The notes: generated by a model from the sequence alone, not told the origin. A stretch of DNA of 64,000 nt from Octopus sinensis (GCF_006345805.1 NC_043000.1:28210001-28274000), one strand, 5' to 3'; numbered from the stretch's first letter, positions 1 to 12,835 are shown. Translations and numbers: made by a program.

Positions 1-290
1 ACCACTACCACAATCATCATCATCAACATCATCATCATTGTCACCACCACCATCATTATCATCATCATCATACAAAACTCGTCTACCACCATCATCATCA
101 AGATCATCATCGCCACCACCACCACCATCATCATCATAATCATCATCATCATCATAGTCGTTGTCGTCGGCACCACTATCGTGAAGCAATTTTTATCGGC
201 CTCATCGTATTTGCCCTCATTATCATCGTCATTTTCATCGTTATCATCATCACTACCATCACCACCACCACCATCATCATCATCAATTCT
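1..290. repeat. (CAT)n/(CAC)n trinucleotide low-complexity tract
   Basis: Mixed CAT/CAC/ATC triplet runs seen directly. Confidence 0.95.
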
Positions 291-883
291 ACAAAACCTT
301 CCCCATTGAGATAAGTAAATTATATATATTATTACTGCCATCGTAATTATTGTAATTAACCGCAAACACGTTACTAAGCGTCTCTCTATCTGTGCAAGTC
401 TTCGTTCGTCGTCTGGATGTACTTGAAACTGAGTACCACGACCGGAAATACACAGATAATGACGTAAGAAGATATTTAATGCTAACCATTGTTTTAAAGC
501 ACGCCAACATATTTCGTGTTATTGTTATGTATGATGCCAACAACTTTCTACAGCTAGATCACATAGAGAAGTGTATGCGACATATTTGTAATATGATGAG
601 AAACTTAATAAACAATGTAATTTAGTGAAAGCTAAAATTTCACTTAAATTAAACAATTATTCTTTCAAATGTTAAGTAGGGTATCGTATGTTGCATAGGA
701 AAAATCTATTACTTCATTTTGTTGAAAACGTTCGATAAATAATTTCCCTTACATCTGTTATAAGCACGTTTCTACGTTTTGCTCGTCAGAAACATTTGGT
801 TGTCTCTATCCGATATAGGGCATTCGTATGTTAACATCTATATCCATATCCGTATTGATGTTTTTATAATGTATCAGTTATGC

Positions 884-1035
884 ACGAGGGGATGCTGAAA
901 AGTTCCTGGTTTTAAGGCTATCAGGAAAGGCCTGGTTCGAGGTCCAACCCTTGGGGTTCATTAACAGGGCTTAGAAAAACTGAAGGAAAGGTGCAATAAG
1001 TGTGTGAATCTTAGAGGGGAATATGTTGAATAAAA
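884..1035 (+). mobile_element. Mariner-like non-autonomous fragment (one TIR plus transposase 3' remnant)
   Basis: ACGAGGGGATGCTGAAAAGTTCC resembles a mariner TIR. It is followed by ...AAGTGTGTGAATCTTAGAGGGGAATATGTTGAATAA (KCVNLRGEYVE*), a typical mariner C-terminus. Confidence 0.7.
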
Positions 1036-1089
1036 TCTCAACTGATCCAGGTATAAGTGGCTTATCTTATATTCCTTGAAGAAATTTGT

Positions 1090-1857
1090 CCAGATTCCGT
1101 TTAAAGGCAATGGGATCCTTTTCCTCTTTGTAGGGCCTGTTGAGGAAAAGAAATTGTGTTGCAGCGTAGTTATGTGTTGTGATCCGTAATTGGGTAGGGG
1201 ATGTATGGCCCGTAGTCCTAGCTTTGGATGAATTTTGAAGCTACTGCTGAGGTCGTTTGGGTAATGCTGGTGGCATACTTTCAACAACGTGCAAATGATG
1301 TATCGCTCGCGGCGGCGCTGGAGAGGATAAGTTTCAATGCTTAAAGGCGGTCCCAGTAATCGAGATCAGTCACGCCATTACTTCTTTTACGGAATGACAT
1401 CTGGGTTGATTCAATTTTCGTGATGTTTTGTTTTATATAGGGAAACCACAGAAGACAACAGCATTCGAGGCGTAGCCGTATAAAGGAGGAGAACAGTGGA
1501 ATGATGATACCTTGTTCTTTGGACCCGTAAGTTCTTAGGATCCAGGAGCTCATCCTACGAGCAATATCGACCTTATTGTGGATGAGGGCATTCCAAGTGA
1601 GATTGTTATCAACAATTATTCCTAGGACTCTGATATTATTACAAGGTGTGAGAGGTACCCCCGAAGGAAGAGAGTATGGCTGTTTTAGTATAGTCTTTTT
1701 TCGAAAATGCATCAGCTCAAATTTTCCCTCGATTAGTTGTATTTTTTAATCTGCCCATTGACTCACAGCATGTAGTTCAGACTGGAGTTGAGTTCGGTCT
1801 TCTTTAATGATAATTTTCTGGAGCTCAGAGACATTAGCAAATATTTCCAATTTGTGT
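1090..1857 (-). mobile_element. CR1-like LINE, decayed reverse transcriptase C-terminal half
   Basis: ORF 1341-1712 reads IRVLGIIVDNNLTWNALIHNKV...WILRTY...RLRLECCCLLWFPY...IESTQ...LDYWDRL. Upstream KLEIFANVS matches the (Y/F)ADD motif region. Stops and frameshifts are present. Confidence 0.85.
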
Positions 1858-1859
1858 GA

Positions 1860-1891
<32 letters not shown>

Positions 1892-1944
1892 TATATTATA
1901 TATATATAATATATATATATATATATTATATATATATATATATA

Positions 1945-2945
1945 AGAAAATAGTAAAGAGTGAAAAAACGACAGAAGGCTTAAATGTTAAAAAATATATA
2001 TATTTGCGTCAAAATGTCTGGAGAATATTGGAAAATTTTTTTTCCTTTCCTTAAAATGACATAATTTTATAATTTTTAAAGAAATACTGGTTTCGCAGTT
2101 AGCTCTTCAAATTTCTTGTGACTTAATGTTTATTTTTAATAACGTAATCCTTGTATTTTTGCTAAGGAGAGTTCTAAATAAGGGAAAGTAGTGAGTGATT
2201 TCTTCCGGTGTAAGGGAGATAATCGCTTAAAAAAATTTTTTTTCCTTTAGTGTGAATTTCTCTGTATTATTGAGTTCGGATAGTTGAGTCTGGGTTTGTA
2301 CTTTTCAATGAAGAATGTTTCCTTATTTAGTCTAATTTGTGATGATGATCCGAAAGCACATTGGTAAAATGGAAAGATTAAAAATTGTGGTTGTAGTTGC
2401 TTTGCGCATTTCTCAATGTGTTCACTAAAAAGTATCATTCTATATTCTGGGAATGCAATCTGTTGTCGATGCAGTGTGCATCTACGTCTGAGTGATAGTC
2501 CCGTGGACCCCACGTAGTCTTGGTGGCAGCCCGAGCATTTAATGACATAAATTATGTTTTCAGAGGCACAAGTAAAGTTAGATTTGATCTTGAATTTCTG
2601 TCCCTCTGTAAAGAAGAATTCTGATCCTTCCAATAGGTTAGGACATGTTGCACAGTTCGATCTACCACATTTTTTTACTTTTGCATCCGTAATTTTAGAA
2701 GGCAATTTTGCCTTTGTGAGAATCTTTTTAAGTGATTTAGGCTGTTTGTAGCTTTTAATGATTTGGTGTATGTTTAGAATTTCCTTTAATTTGGGTTTTT
2801 TATGAAGTATTGGTAAATTCTGGGTGATGATGGTGAAAGCTTCTTTGTTTCTGGGGTTGTATGTAGATATGTAAGGTAGTATTTTCGGGGAAGGTGTGTT
2901 GTTGTGTTGAACTTTTCTTAAAGTTTCTATGTTACTATTTTCTTA
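1945..2945 (-). mobile_element. Penelope-like element 3' part with GIY-YIG endonuclease (ORF 2247-2705)
   Basis: CGRSNCATC...NIIYVIKCSGCHQDYVGSTGLSLRRRCTLHRQQI...ETFFIEKYKPRLN is a PLE GIY-YIG with its upstream Cys linker. LPYISTYNP lies upstream. Flanked by (TA)n. Confidence 0.9.
2081..2115 (-). ncRNA. Degenerate minimal type I hammerhead ribozyme in the Penelope 3' region
   Basis: Minus strand reads GAAAU UUGAAGA GC UAACU GC GAA AC CA GU A UUUC. It has U3 instead of C3, a non-palindromic stem III and an imperfect stem I register. Confidence 0.5.
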
Positions 2946-2983
2946 TATATTCACCCACGTGCTTTACCAAACAAACTTTCTTA

Positions 2984-3019
<36 letters not shown>

Positions 3020-3289
3020 TGCGGACATGGCCGTGTGGTAAGAAGCTTGCTTCCTAACCACATAGCCGCGGGTTCACACATAGAATTTGGTGTTTTTCTG
3101 TGTCGGTAATTGTTAATAAAATCATAAAAAGAGAAGCACTGTGCATGTGCCGCCTGGTGTGGAAATTCCCATGTTTCGAACAGACACCTTCAAGAAGATT
3201 GAGAGAGAGAAAATAAGGAGAGACGGCAGATTTTTGCATCTTCTCGGTCAGAAAAAGTAGCTTAAGCCATCTATATAAACATACACATA

Positions 3290-3323
3290 TACATATAGTT
3301 AAACATACATACATACATACAAA

Positions 3324-3357
<34 letters not shown>

Positions 3358-3595
3358 CACACATACATACATACATACATACATACATACATACATACAT
3401 ACACACATACATACATACATACATACATACATACATACATACATACATACACACATACATACATACATACATACATACATACATACATACATACATACAT
3501 ACATACATACATACACACATACATACAAATACATACATACATACATACATACATACATACATACATACATACATACATACATACATACATACATA
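3290..3595. repeat. (CATA)n microsatellite
   Basis: Long ACAT tetranucleotide run; source of the MYVC artefact ORFs. Confidence 0.97.
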
Positions 3596-4311
3596 GGTGC
3601 TGGTTTTGTAAGTAAATGCCTACCTGTTAGTCCGGATAAGCTTTGATTTTCAGAAAAAGAAATCAACCACCTTATTCGCAAATTACAAATAAAATTTGTA
3701 AGCGGAACAGTAGAACTATTTAAGACTTTTTTTCTTCAGGTTTAGAAAGTGATGTTGTTTTCGTTATCTACATTCCAAAGATAGAGCTTTGTATCTTTTT
3801 TAGAAACCAGCTCCTTCTTCAGAGAGAGAAACGAAATGATTAAATAAGGAAGAGACACATTCATATGCATTGATATGCACATACATATCCGGTAGATAGT
3901 ATATGTGAGTGTGCGTATCTATGTATATACGTATGTATGTTTGTATCATTCTTCTGAAAACAGACTCAGACTACGAGATTCAATTAAAAGACCTAACGAC
4001 TGAATCATCAATCAGTGATAGACTTTCATAAGAGGTGTTGAGTGACGCTACACTCATTGTGACATGTGTTAAAACTTATAGTTTTATGGCAGTTTGGGTT
4101 TGCCAAATCAAATGAAATTTTTATGATCTTTTCTTGAGTGATTTAACACTCGTCCGTAATCAATAACGCATAAACACACACACGCGCGTATATATACTTA
4201 TACATAAACATATATACATAGCTCTGTGCGTGTGTATGTGTATAAATAAATCTATATGTATAAATATTTATATGCGTAAATATGTGTGCTCGCGTGTCCT
4301 AAACACATTTA

Positions 4312-4375
4312 TGTAGTCGTTGCTCACATATTTACCTGAGTGCCTGATGAGTTGGGAGTCATGTAACGAATTACA
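4312..4375 (+). ncRNA. Putative degenerate type III hammerhead ribozyme
   Basis: UGUAGU C | GUUGCUCA..UGAGUGC CUGAUGA GUUG..UAAC GA AUUACA. All three stems can form, but one A of GAAA is missing. Confidence 0.4.
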
Positions 4376-4759
4376 GAATATATCTGATTTTATAATGCTT
4401 ACGTGAATATAAAAAAAAATCCTAATGAAACAATTGTAGAAATACCAGATAAAGCATTCGACGGTGTTTATTATTTTGTTAGGCCATACATAGGATGCTA
4501 TTCATAGTTGGATACTTTTGGACAGTATTGGAATTACGGATTACCATACAACGGTGATGTTCCTTCATCAGTGCCTTCCGTGCGAAGGAACTGAAATACT
4601 AATCTGTTTATTTTGTGTGATTCTGTCTAGCCAATCAGTGGCGTGTCTAACTTTGTTATACCTTGATCTTTTATGGGTCCCTTATAAACAAAACTACTTG
4701 CTTGTATATAAATTCATATAAGTACATATACGTACGTATGTATGGTCATATATATATAT

Positions 4760-5026
4760 TCTTTTATTATTTTAATTGTTTCAGTCATTTGACCGCGACC
4801 ATGCTGGAGTACCGCATTTAGTCGAGCAATTCGATCCTAGGACTTATTATTTGTAAGCCTAGTACTTATTCGATCGGTCTCTTTTGTCGAACCGTTAAAT
4901 TACGGGGAAGTAATCACACCAGCATCGGTTGTCAAGCAATGTTTTTTTTGGGGGGGCGACAAACACACACACACACACGCATATACACACACACGTATAT
5001 ACACACACACGCATACACACACACAC

Positions 5027-5104
<78 letters not shown>

Positions 5105-5276
5105 GGGCTTCTTTTAGTTTCCGTCCACCAAATCCACTCACAAAGCTTAGGTCGGCCCGAGGCTATAGTAGAAGACATTTCCCCAAGGTGCCATGGAGTG
5201 GGACTGAACCCGGAATCATGTGGTTGGTAAGCAAACTACTTACCACACAGCTGCTCCTGCGCCTATATACACACAC

Positions 5277-5332
<56 letters not shown>

Positions 5333-5491
5333 GGGCTTCTTTTAGTTTCCGTCCACCAAATCCACTCACAAAGCTTAGGTCGGCCCGAGGCTATAGTAGA
5401 AGACATTTCCCCAAGGTGCCATGGAGTGGGACTGAACCCGGAATCATGTGGTTGGTAAGCAAACTACTTACCACACAGCTGCTCCTGCGCC
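4760..5491 (-). mobile_element. Octopus-type tRNA-derived SINE with internal (TA)n and an exact duplication of its 5' half
   Basis: The tRNA-like head and CORE-like GGCACCTTGGG(G/C)AAATGTCTTCTACTATAGCC segment occur at ~5101-5263 and again at ~5329-5491. The 3' half is at 4760-4960. Confidence 0.85.
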
Positions 5492-5504
5492 TATATACAC
5501 ACAC

Positions 5505-5662
<158 letters not shown>

Positions 5663-8100
5663 ATATGTATATATATATGTCTCTATGTATATGGGGGGGA
5701 TATATGCGTTTACATATGTGTGTGTGTCTGCATATATAGGTATGTGTGTATGATTGCTTGCATGTATATATGTATGCACGTATGTCTATTCACGTTTTAA
5801 TGTACACATATATGAATGCAATAAAGAGAGGTACACATATTTTTAACTCGTTCTTGTACACTTAAATGCTCTAAGACCTTCACTACAGTAAGTGTCTAAT
5901 CGAGAGTAATCCTTCTTATACGCAAAGTTTGCGAATACTTCATAGGACTTGAGGATCCATGCTTCTGCGTCGTTCCACTTTATCAGCTACAGATAGAAAA
6001 TCCGTCGTTTGTATCTGTCTAAATAGCAAATAAAAAATTTGATGATGTAAGCACAGCTTTTTCAAGATGGAATTACCCACCTCTGCCAAAATTTGAAACC
6101 AATATTATAATACATAGTATTATCAAAATACTATTCCTCAGCCTAACCAACAATCCAACATATCTCCATCATCAGCTGCCCCACGTATATCATTATGGTT
6201 TCGATACCTGGGCAGTACCATTCAATCCGACGGTATCAACAGCACTAAAATAAGTGTTTTGGGGGAACAAACAAACCAAAGAAACCACAACTTCAAACAC
6301 ATTTACCCAGTGTACAACCGTATCAATAAATAAATTCCGTAAGTAATAGTTCCATATGTGATAATAGTTCGAAATTATGATACAGATATTATAATATATA
6401 ATGTTGTTATTCAGGTCGCCGTAGCGGTGTACATCCAGAATGATAGGAGTGAGAATTGCATCTAGTCGTTTGCCAGACTCCTTGCATGACATTAATTCTC
6501 TTCAACTGAAGCTGGTCAGGTGTTACACAACAGCTCCATCAACAACAACGACAACAATATCAGTATCAGCAGTATCAACAACAACAACGACAACAGCACC
6601 AGCAGCAAAAACGATGTGCTGTAAAGCTGTTCATTTGTATTGAGTATTCGTCTACTGTACGTGAAGTTTGATAATTTAATATGATTTAACAATCCGGCAG
6701 CTGCATTCCTATGTACAAAACGATAACAACTAAATTCTAACTCTATGATGGATTATTTGGGCCAGTTTAGCGTCGGGGGCGGTGTTTGTCTCTGGAACAT
6801 GGTTTATTGACGAAACTGTTTAATTTTCAGATGCTGCTATTTCCTCTGAAACTAATTAATGGTTTTCAATGCAATAAACTGCTTCACCAATACTGGCTGC
6901 ATACATCGAGCTACAAATAATGTTCATTCCGCTTGGCTTTAAGCCAGTATGAATGTATATAGAAGAGAACCTCGCTGCAGTGTGCTGCAGCCTTTTCCCT
7001 CCTCTGCATATCAGATATATTACTTCCTTTATTTATCGACATATTACATGTTTTTTTTTTATCAGTAGCTGTTATTTCGTGTAACTTTGAATATTATATG
7101 CTGAAATAGAATCAGCAATGTTTACATAAAGCTAAATCGCTATGAAGAGTTATCATGCGGAGGGTGATCAGAAAAAATATTTATATAATTCGATGACAGC
7201 GATAGGGATGAGTATCTCCTAGTTTTCATGCGAAAAATCTGCGGTTAAAAATGACAAAAAGTGTCTAAGAATTCTCCTGTAGCATAAAACAGACATGTTG
7301 AAAAGTGTAATCGTATACATCTGTGTTTCTGTCATGCGAATATATCTTCCAAAACACGACTGTATATATCTTACTAAACATCAGTCTGTGACCTTGGAAA
7401 TTCCTCTGCCATAAATTGCTTCCAATTCAGTTAAACCAGGGGGCAAAGATTTCAAGAAACAGTCATGGCACCAATTCTTTTTGTCAGATAGACTTTGTCA
7501 CGTTTAATAGTTTCTGACAGCTTTGCAGCCAAATCGGTAATTCGCTTAATGACTTCCCACCAAAATCCAGCATTCCGATGCTTGTTTTCGATATGCTTAC
7601 TCTTTGCTTGTTACAAACAATCATATCAGCCAGTTTTCGGAGGCGAGATGTCAGCTGGCAAGCACAAACACATACAACACATTAACTGTTTATCTGTATA
7701 AATGAATATTATTTCATTAGTGTTCTTTGATTCAGTAAGTCAGCCTTATGTGTTTTTCTTACGTATGTAAATTGTCAATTCTCCATTTTCCTTTGGATAA
7801 GTCATCAGAGAGATAATATGCAAAGCAGTCCTTTTTTTCTTCAATTTCATTTTTCTTTATTCGGTAGTAATCGTGTATCTACAATTCTCTATAGTAATAG
7901 ATGTTGTCGGAAAAAATAATTGAATCTCCTTCCGTTTGAAATGGCGATATATTTACTCATATATGATTTAAAAAGAAACACACACACACAGACGCATGCA
8001 CATACACACATACACACATATATGTACATATACATAAATATATATCTACATATACATGTATATTCATATTTATATATATATATATATGTATATATATATG

Positions 8101-8136
<36 letters not shown>

Positions 8137-8137
8137 C

Positions 8138-8174
<37 letters not shown>

Positions 8175-8998
8175 CATATATATACACACACATGTATCTA
8201 TCTATCTATCTATGTATATATGTATGTATGTATATATATATATACATGTATCTATATATGTATCTTACTGTGAGCCTTACAACCTTGTTAAATAAATATA
8301 ACACAACGCAATCATTTTGCGTTACAGAAAGAAGTGTATTTACCCAATTCTGTTGGATAAGGAAATATATTCCACCTTCAATATTATATTACGTTACTAT
8401 GAAGAGACGCACCAAAACATGTGCCAATTATGTCGATAGTTTCTTTAAGCAGAGGTGACGTATCTAAAATGAGAAAGTTCCTATTCGCAGATTAATTTTG
8501 GAATGTTATGCTCTCAAGTTTGAAGTTGAAATGGCTTGCGAAAATTCCTTAAAATATTCATTCCTTGAGATTGGCAAAATGTACATATGCATAACATTAT
8601 GTTTTCTACAAACCATTAGATTTGAACAAATATAGATTCCTTTCGTAGCAGGATTCGAAAATCTTCAAGAAAACAGAAGAAATTAATTTCTATCCGAAAA
8701 GAATAATAATTGATACACTCCCAGTCTATACTGTTCTGTAGCATAAATATAACACGACATTATGGGAAATGGTGTGTTTTCTATTGAAAAATATAAAAAT
8801 AAACATAGCCTTCTTGTTGAGATGCCCGATTTGCAGCAAAGTGGATTATGATTCAGTTCCACTGTATAACACCTTGGGAAACGGTACTCTTCTATATCTC
8901 GGACCGAGCAATGGCTTGTCAATAAATTTTGTAGACGGAAATTGTGTGAAAGCTCGTCGTATATATATATATATATAGAATATATATATAGATATATA

Positions 8999-9046
<48 letters not shown>

Positions 9047-9103
9047 TATATAATATATATATATATGTATATATATATATAATATATATATATAAATTTA
9101 TAA

Positions 9104-9179
<76 letters not shown>

Positions 9180-9381
9180 TATTATATATATATATATATA
9201 TATGTTTGCCAAAAGTGTCAAGATAGTATATGCTAAAATAATTTTATAAAAAACACATTTCACTGAAATGTTTTTTTATAAAATTATTTTAGCATTTTCT
9301 ATTTTGAATTTCTTTCCATATATATCAACTCGTGTGTTCCTTTTCAACTTTCTACACACACACACACCCACACCCACACCC

Positions 9382-9454
<73 letters not shown>

Positions 9455-9460
<6 letters not shown>

Positions 9461-10030
9461 TTAGATACGTGTGGACTTTGAAAGATAACAAAACACCGCA
9501 CGTGATTAAATGGAAAGTAATTGAGAAATCCATACCTTATGTGAATGGATCGAATAAATGTAGGCTTTGTTTGGCTGAAAGAGCGCAGATCCTGTTCAGA
9601 TCTAAGATCTCTAACACTCTATTGAACTCCAGGTCAGAAATATTCAGTGGTTGCATGCATATGTATAAATATATTCTGAGGAATTGGACAATTCTGCCTA
9701 TTCCTGACTGACTTGATATCTTTTGCAGCTTTATCATTTAAGGCCTAAGAGGATAGCACTATTTACCTTTTGTCACTTTAGTTTCATTTCCCGTTGTTTA
9801 CTGTCAGCATTTTCTATATGCAGCCTTCACAGCTTCATCACATTTCTTCTATTTCTCCAATTTTTTAGTTTATTATTATATGTGGGTTGCGCCTGAAGAA
9901 TATGCTCGAGTTCTCTCAACATATGAAACTATTAGTAGCATTTTAATACATGTATTGTGACCTTTAAATAATATGTATCTCTCACCAGATGGAGTACTTT
10001 TTTGTTGAATTTTCTGTAACGATTTTATAA
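9455..10030 (+). mobile_element. Penelope-like element 3' fragment (C-terminus after GIY-YIG plus pseudo-LTR)
   Basis: YVWTLKD...IKWKVIEKS...KCRLCLAER...LLNSRSEIFSGCMH matches the PLE C-terminal CxLCLxE...LNxRSE...CxH pattern. Flanked by (TA)n and (CATA)n. Confidence 0.8.
9890..9940 (+). ncRNA. Type I hammerhead ribozyme motif
   Basis: GC CUGAAGA(9893-9899) AUAUG..CAUAU GAA ACUA U UAGU A | GC. The core is intact, stem II is 5 bp, stem III is near-palindromic, and stem I is only 2 bp. Confidence 0.65.
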
Positions 10031-10070
10031 ATATACATACATACATACATACATACATACATAAATACAT

Positions 10071-10143
<73 letters not shown>

Positions 10144-10575
10144 GGGCATTATTACACATAAATGCAACACGCCAGGAGGGACTCTTAAAGTCAAAACTGC
10201 TAAAATAGATAGACACATTGTACCGAATGCAACTATCGAAGCAAGTCATTTAAAAACAGAATTCAGCTGCAGATCACTGTGATTTCATAATCAGAGCAGT
10301 GGTGCATTCTTTACACATCAGTGCAAGCATAATTCAAGATTTATAATGAACAAACAAAATCAACATACCAGACAAACAACCAACTTTTAAAACTATCACG
10401 TGGAAACTATCAAGTGGAAAACTCCGTTCTTCATTGCTAACACGTTTTTGAACTCCTAAAATGACTATGTTACTCGTATAAAATTATACATTAATACTCG
10501 TGTCTAAAACAGTCTCATGCAAAATATTTTTTCACAAGAATATAAAATGAATGCAAGTATACATGCACAGCACGC

Positions 10576-10611
<36 letters not shown>

Positions 10612-10770
10612 TTGTGTGTACATATATGTGTGGGGGAAGGAGGTGAGTGTATAGTATAATTCGTGTATGAAAGAAATGGTAGGAGGAATTGTGTGAAGTG
10701 TATGTTTCTGATTTTGGAGACGAAATTGCATTGTTCTTTATAGCTTTTTTTAATTATCTAAATCAATTCA

Positions 10771-10817
<47 letters not shown>

Positions 10818-10932
10818 CAATTTAGGAATGGCCTAAACAGGCCATTCGTCCACCAGAAAGACAGCCAGAACTCAACCGCCAAGTAGTGTAATTCGGAATA
10901 AGTGAAAATTTAAAAACATTTACCCTAATTCA

Positions 10933-11032
10933 TCTTTTATACGATGCATCGTTTCAGTGTCTTTAATGATAGACCAGCTTAATTAAATTAATTAAGCTAG
11001 TCTACCATAGGTCACACTTCATCAGTAAAAAA
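10933..11032 (-). ncRNA. Type I hammerhead ribozyme with extended stem II (intact copy)
   Basis: Minus strand reads UUUUUUA CUGAUGA AGUGU [long hairpin] ACACU GAA ACGAUGCAUCGU A | UAAAAGA. Stem III is a perfect 12-nt palindrome and the cleavage triplet is GUA. Confidence 0.85.
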
Positions 11033-11157
11033 ACCTGGGAGAGACGGACATCACGAGGCGACTGTATCAATGCCTCGGGAATGTCTGTCTAAAATTTTCA
11101 AACCAACGCATTCGCGCCAAACTTATCGGCAGCAAGTATGTCCGTCTCTCCCAGGTT

Positions 11158-11254
11158 TCTTTTACTGATGAAGTGTGACCTATGTAGACTAGCTTAATTT
11201 AATTTATTAAGCTGGTCTATCATTAAAGACACTGAAACGAGCATCGTTAAAAGA
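11158..11254 (+). ncRNA. Type I hammerhead ribozyme, mirror copy
   Basis: UCUUUUA CUGAUGA AGUGU..ACACU GAA ACGAGCAUCGU UAAAAGA. It has two single-base deletions relative to the left arm (in stem III and at position 17). Confidence 0.75.
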
Positions 11255-11466
11255 TGAATTAGGGTAATGTTTTAAATTTTCACCTTATTTCCGAATTACA
11301 CTACTTGGCGGTTGGAGTTCTGGCTGCTCTTTCTGGTGGACGAATGGCCTGTTTAGGCCATTCCTAAATTGTTATATTTATACATTTTAGTCTTTGACTA
11401 TTTTCTCTTTTCCACTAGGCCGCTGGTAGCGATAATTTTTACTGAATTTTTTGCTACCCTAAATTG

Positions 11467-11506
<40 letters not shown>

Positions 11507-11544
11507 TATACACACACACACGCACAGATACGCACACGCAAGCA

Positions 11545-11750
11545 ATCTCTTTTACTCTTGTACTTGTTTCAGTCATTTTACAGTGGCCATGCTGGAGCAC
11601 TGCCTTTAGTCGAGCAAATCGACCCTAGGACTTATTCTTTGTAAGCCTATTACTTATTCTATCGGTCTCTTTTGCTGAACCGCTAAGTTACGGAACGTAA
11701 ACACACCAGCATCGATTGTCAAGCGATGTTGGTGTGTGTGTGGGGGGAAA
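11545..11750 (-). mobile_element. tRNA-derived SINE 3' half
   Basis: CTCTTTTACT..TGTTTCAGTCATTT..GGCCATGCTGGAGCAC..GACCCTAGG..CTTATTCTATCGGTCTC, the same family as 4760-4960. Confidence 0.8.
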
Positions 11751-11893
11751 CACATTTATTATTACAACTTCGTATAAACTTAGTCCTTCTAGCAATAGTA
11801 TTCACAGTCCATTTAAGAATACAGTATATTTTTTTAATGTTAATGTTGCTGCATTTATGGCGGTTACAAATGTTTTAACACATTTATTAAACG

Positions 11894-12284
11894 CTAGCAG
11901 TATCACCCGACGTTGCTCGGGTTTGTTTCGGCCCTTTAGAATTGGAACTTTTGAAAAGTAAAAAATTTGCATTATGTAGCTTGTTATTCTCTTTAAGTGA
12001 ACATTTTTCTGGTTGAAATACACCGAAAAATGGCGAGACAACGGTCAAAAAATCGTAAAAAAATAGGGATTTTCATAGAAAAAAAAGCACCTTTTTGATG
12101 TAAATAATATTTGGTATTAACATGGTCCGATTTGAATTTTCTCTTCTACGGAAGGAAGAGCAAGTCTTCTATCATACTCTCAATTTTGGTCAACTTGTGC
12201 TGCAGGGTCTCGGAGGAGATAGTGTTAGTTGAAGGCTACCAAACCTGCCATACACAGATAACTTCAGCTTTATATATAGAGAGA
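11894..12284 (-). mobile_element. Non-autonomous Helitron-like element
   Basis: On the minus strand it starts TC(TCTATATATAAAG). It ends with the hairpin CCCGAGCAACGTCGGG about 8 nt before a terminal CTAG. Confidence 0.75.
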
Positions 12285-12604
12285 TTTGGTTGTATAGCTA
12301 ATGTTGTGGTATTCGTGACCCTAGCAGTCGATGCCTGCAGATGTTCAGACTGAATGTCGACTAGTGGATACTCAGAGTAAAGTCTATACAAAAAAGAAAA
12401 CATATTTTTATCCATTATTTATTTTAGTCATTGGACTACAACCACACAAAGACGCCGCCTTGAAGTAGCTAGTCGAACAAAACGATCCCAAATACAGCAG
12501 TGTATTGCAATTGGATATATCGATTTTACATATTAAAAACATTCCAGGCCCCTGGTACATACACAATAATTACTGGTAGGGACACCGTATTTCATTATGC
12601 AAAA

Positions 12605-12835
12605 GGCGGTGAGCTGGCAGAAACGTCAGCACGACGGGCGAAATGCGTAGCCGTATTTCGTCTGCCGTTACGTTCTGAGTTCAAATTCCGCCGAGGTCGA
12701 CTTTGCCTTTCATCCTTTCGGGGTCAATAAATTAAGTACCAGTTACGCACTGGGGTCGATATAATCGACTTAATCTGTTTGTCTGTCCTTGTTTGTCTTC
12801 TCTGTGTTTAGCCCCTTGTGGGTAGTAAAGAAATA
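12605..12835 (+). mobile_element. Nin/Deu-core SINE, monomer with target-site duplication
   Basis: Core GCCGAGGTCGACTTTGCCTTTCATCCTTTCGGGGTC..AAGTACCAG. The 17-nt TSD CGTATTTCATTATGCAA is at 12586-12602 and 12836-12852. Confidence 0.9.

Larger units (their letters stand above)
10815..11374. repeat. Long inverted repeat (arms 10815-11051 and 11138-11374, 86-nt spacer), PLE pseudo-LTR-like
   Basis: The arms are reverse complements differing mostly by single-base indels. The left arm abuts (TA)n. Confidence 0.95.

Noticed and set aside
392-625. 77-aa non-repetitive ORF (VFVRRLDVLETEY...)
   Set aside because: No recognisable motif or start context; too short to call without homology.
3160-3215. 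Hammerhead-like UUGAAGG..GAAAC on the minus strand
   Set aside because: A9 and the NUH site are missing and stem II is unconvincing; at best a dead relic.
6193-6492. Minus-strand 99-aa hydrophobic ORF, loosely like a Cys-loop receptor M3/M3-M4 segment
   Set aside because: There is no Cys-loop or other TM exon nearby and no clear splice boundaries. The opposite strand gives an equally plausible FRYLGSTIQSDG (RTE-like) reading.
7380-7640. LRR-like snippets on the minus strand (LDFGGKSLSELPIWL; LKSLPPGLTEL)
   Set aside because: They lie in different frames separated by stops, and neither fits the full LRR consensus.
7770-7812. CUGAUGA-CUU..AAG-GAAA on the minus strand
   Set aside because: No matching stem III, NUH or stem I; probably chance.
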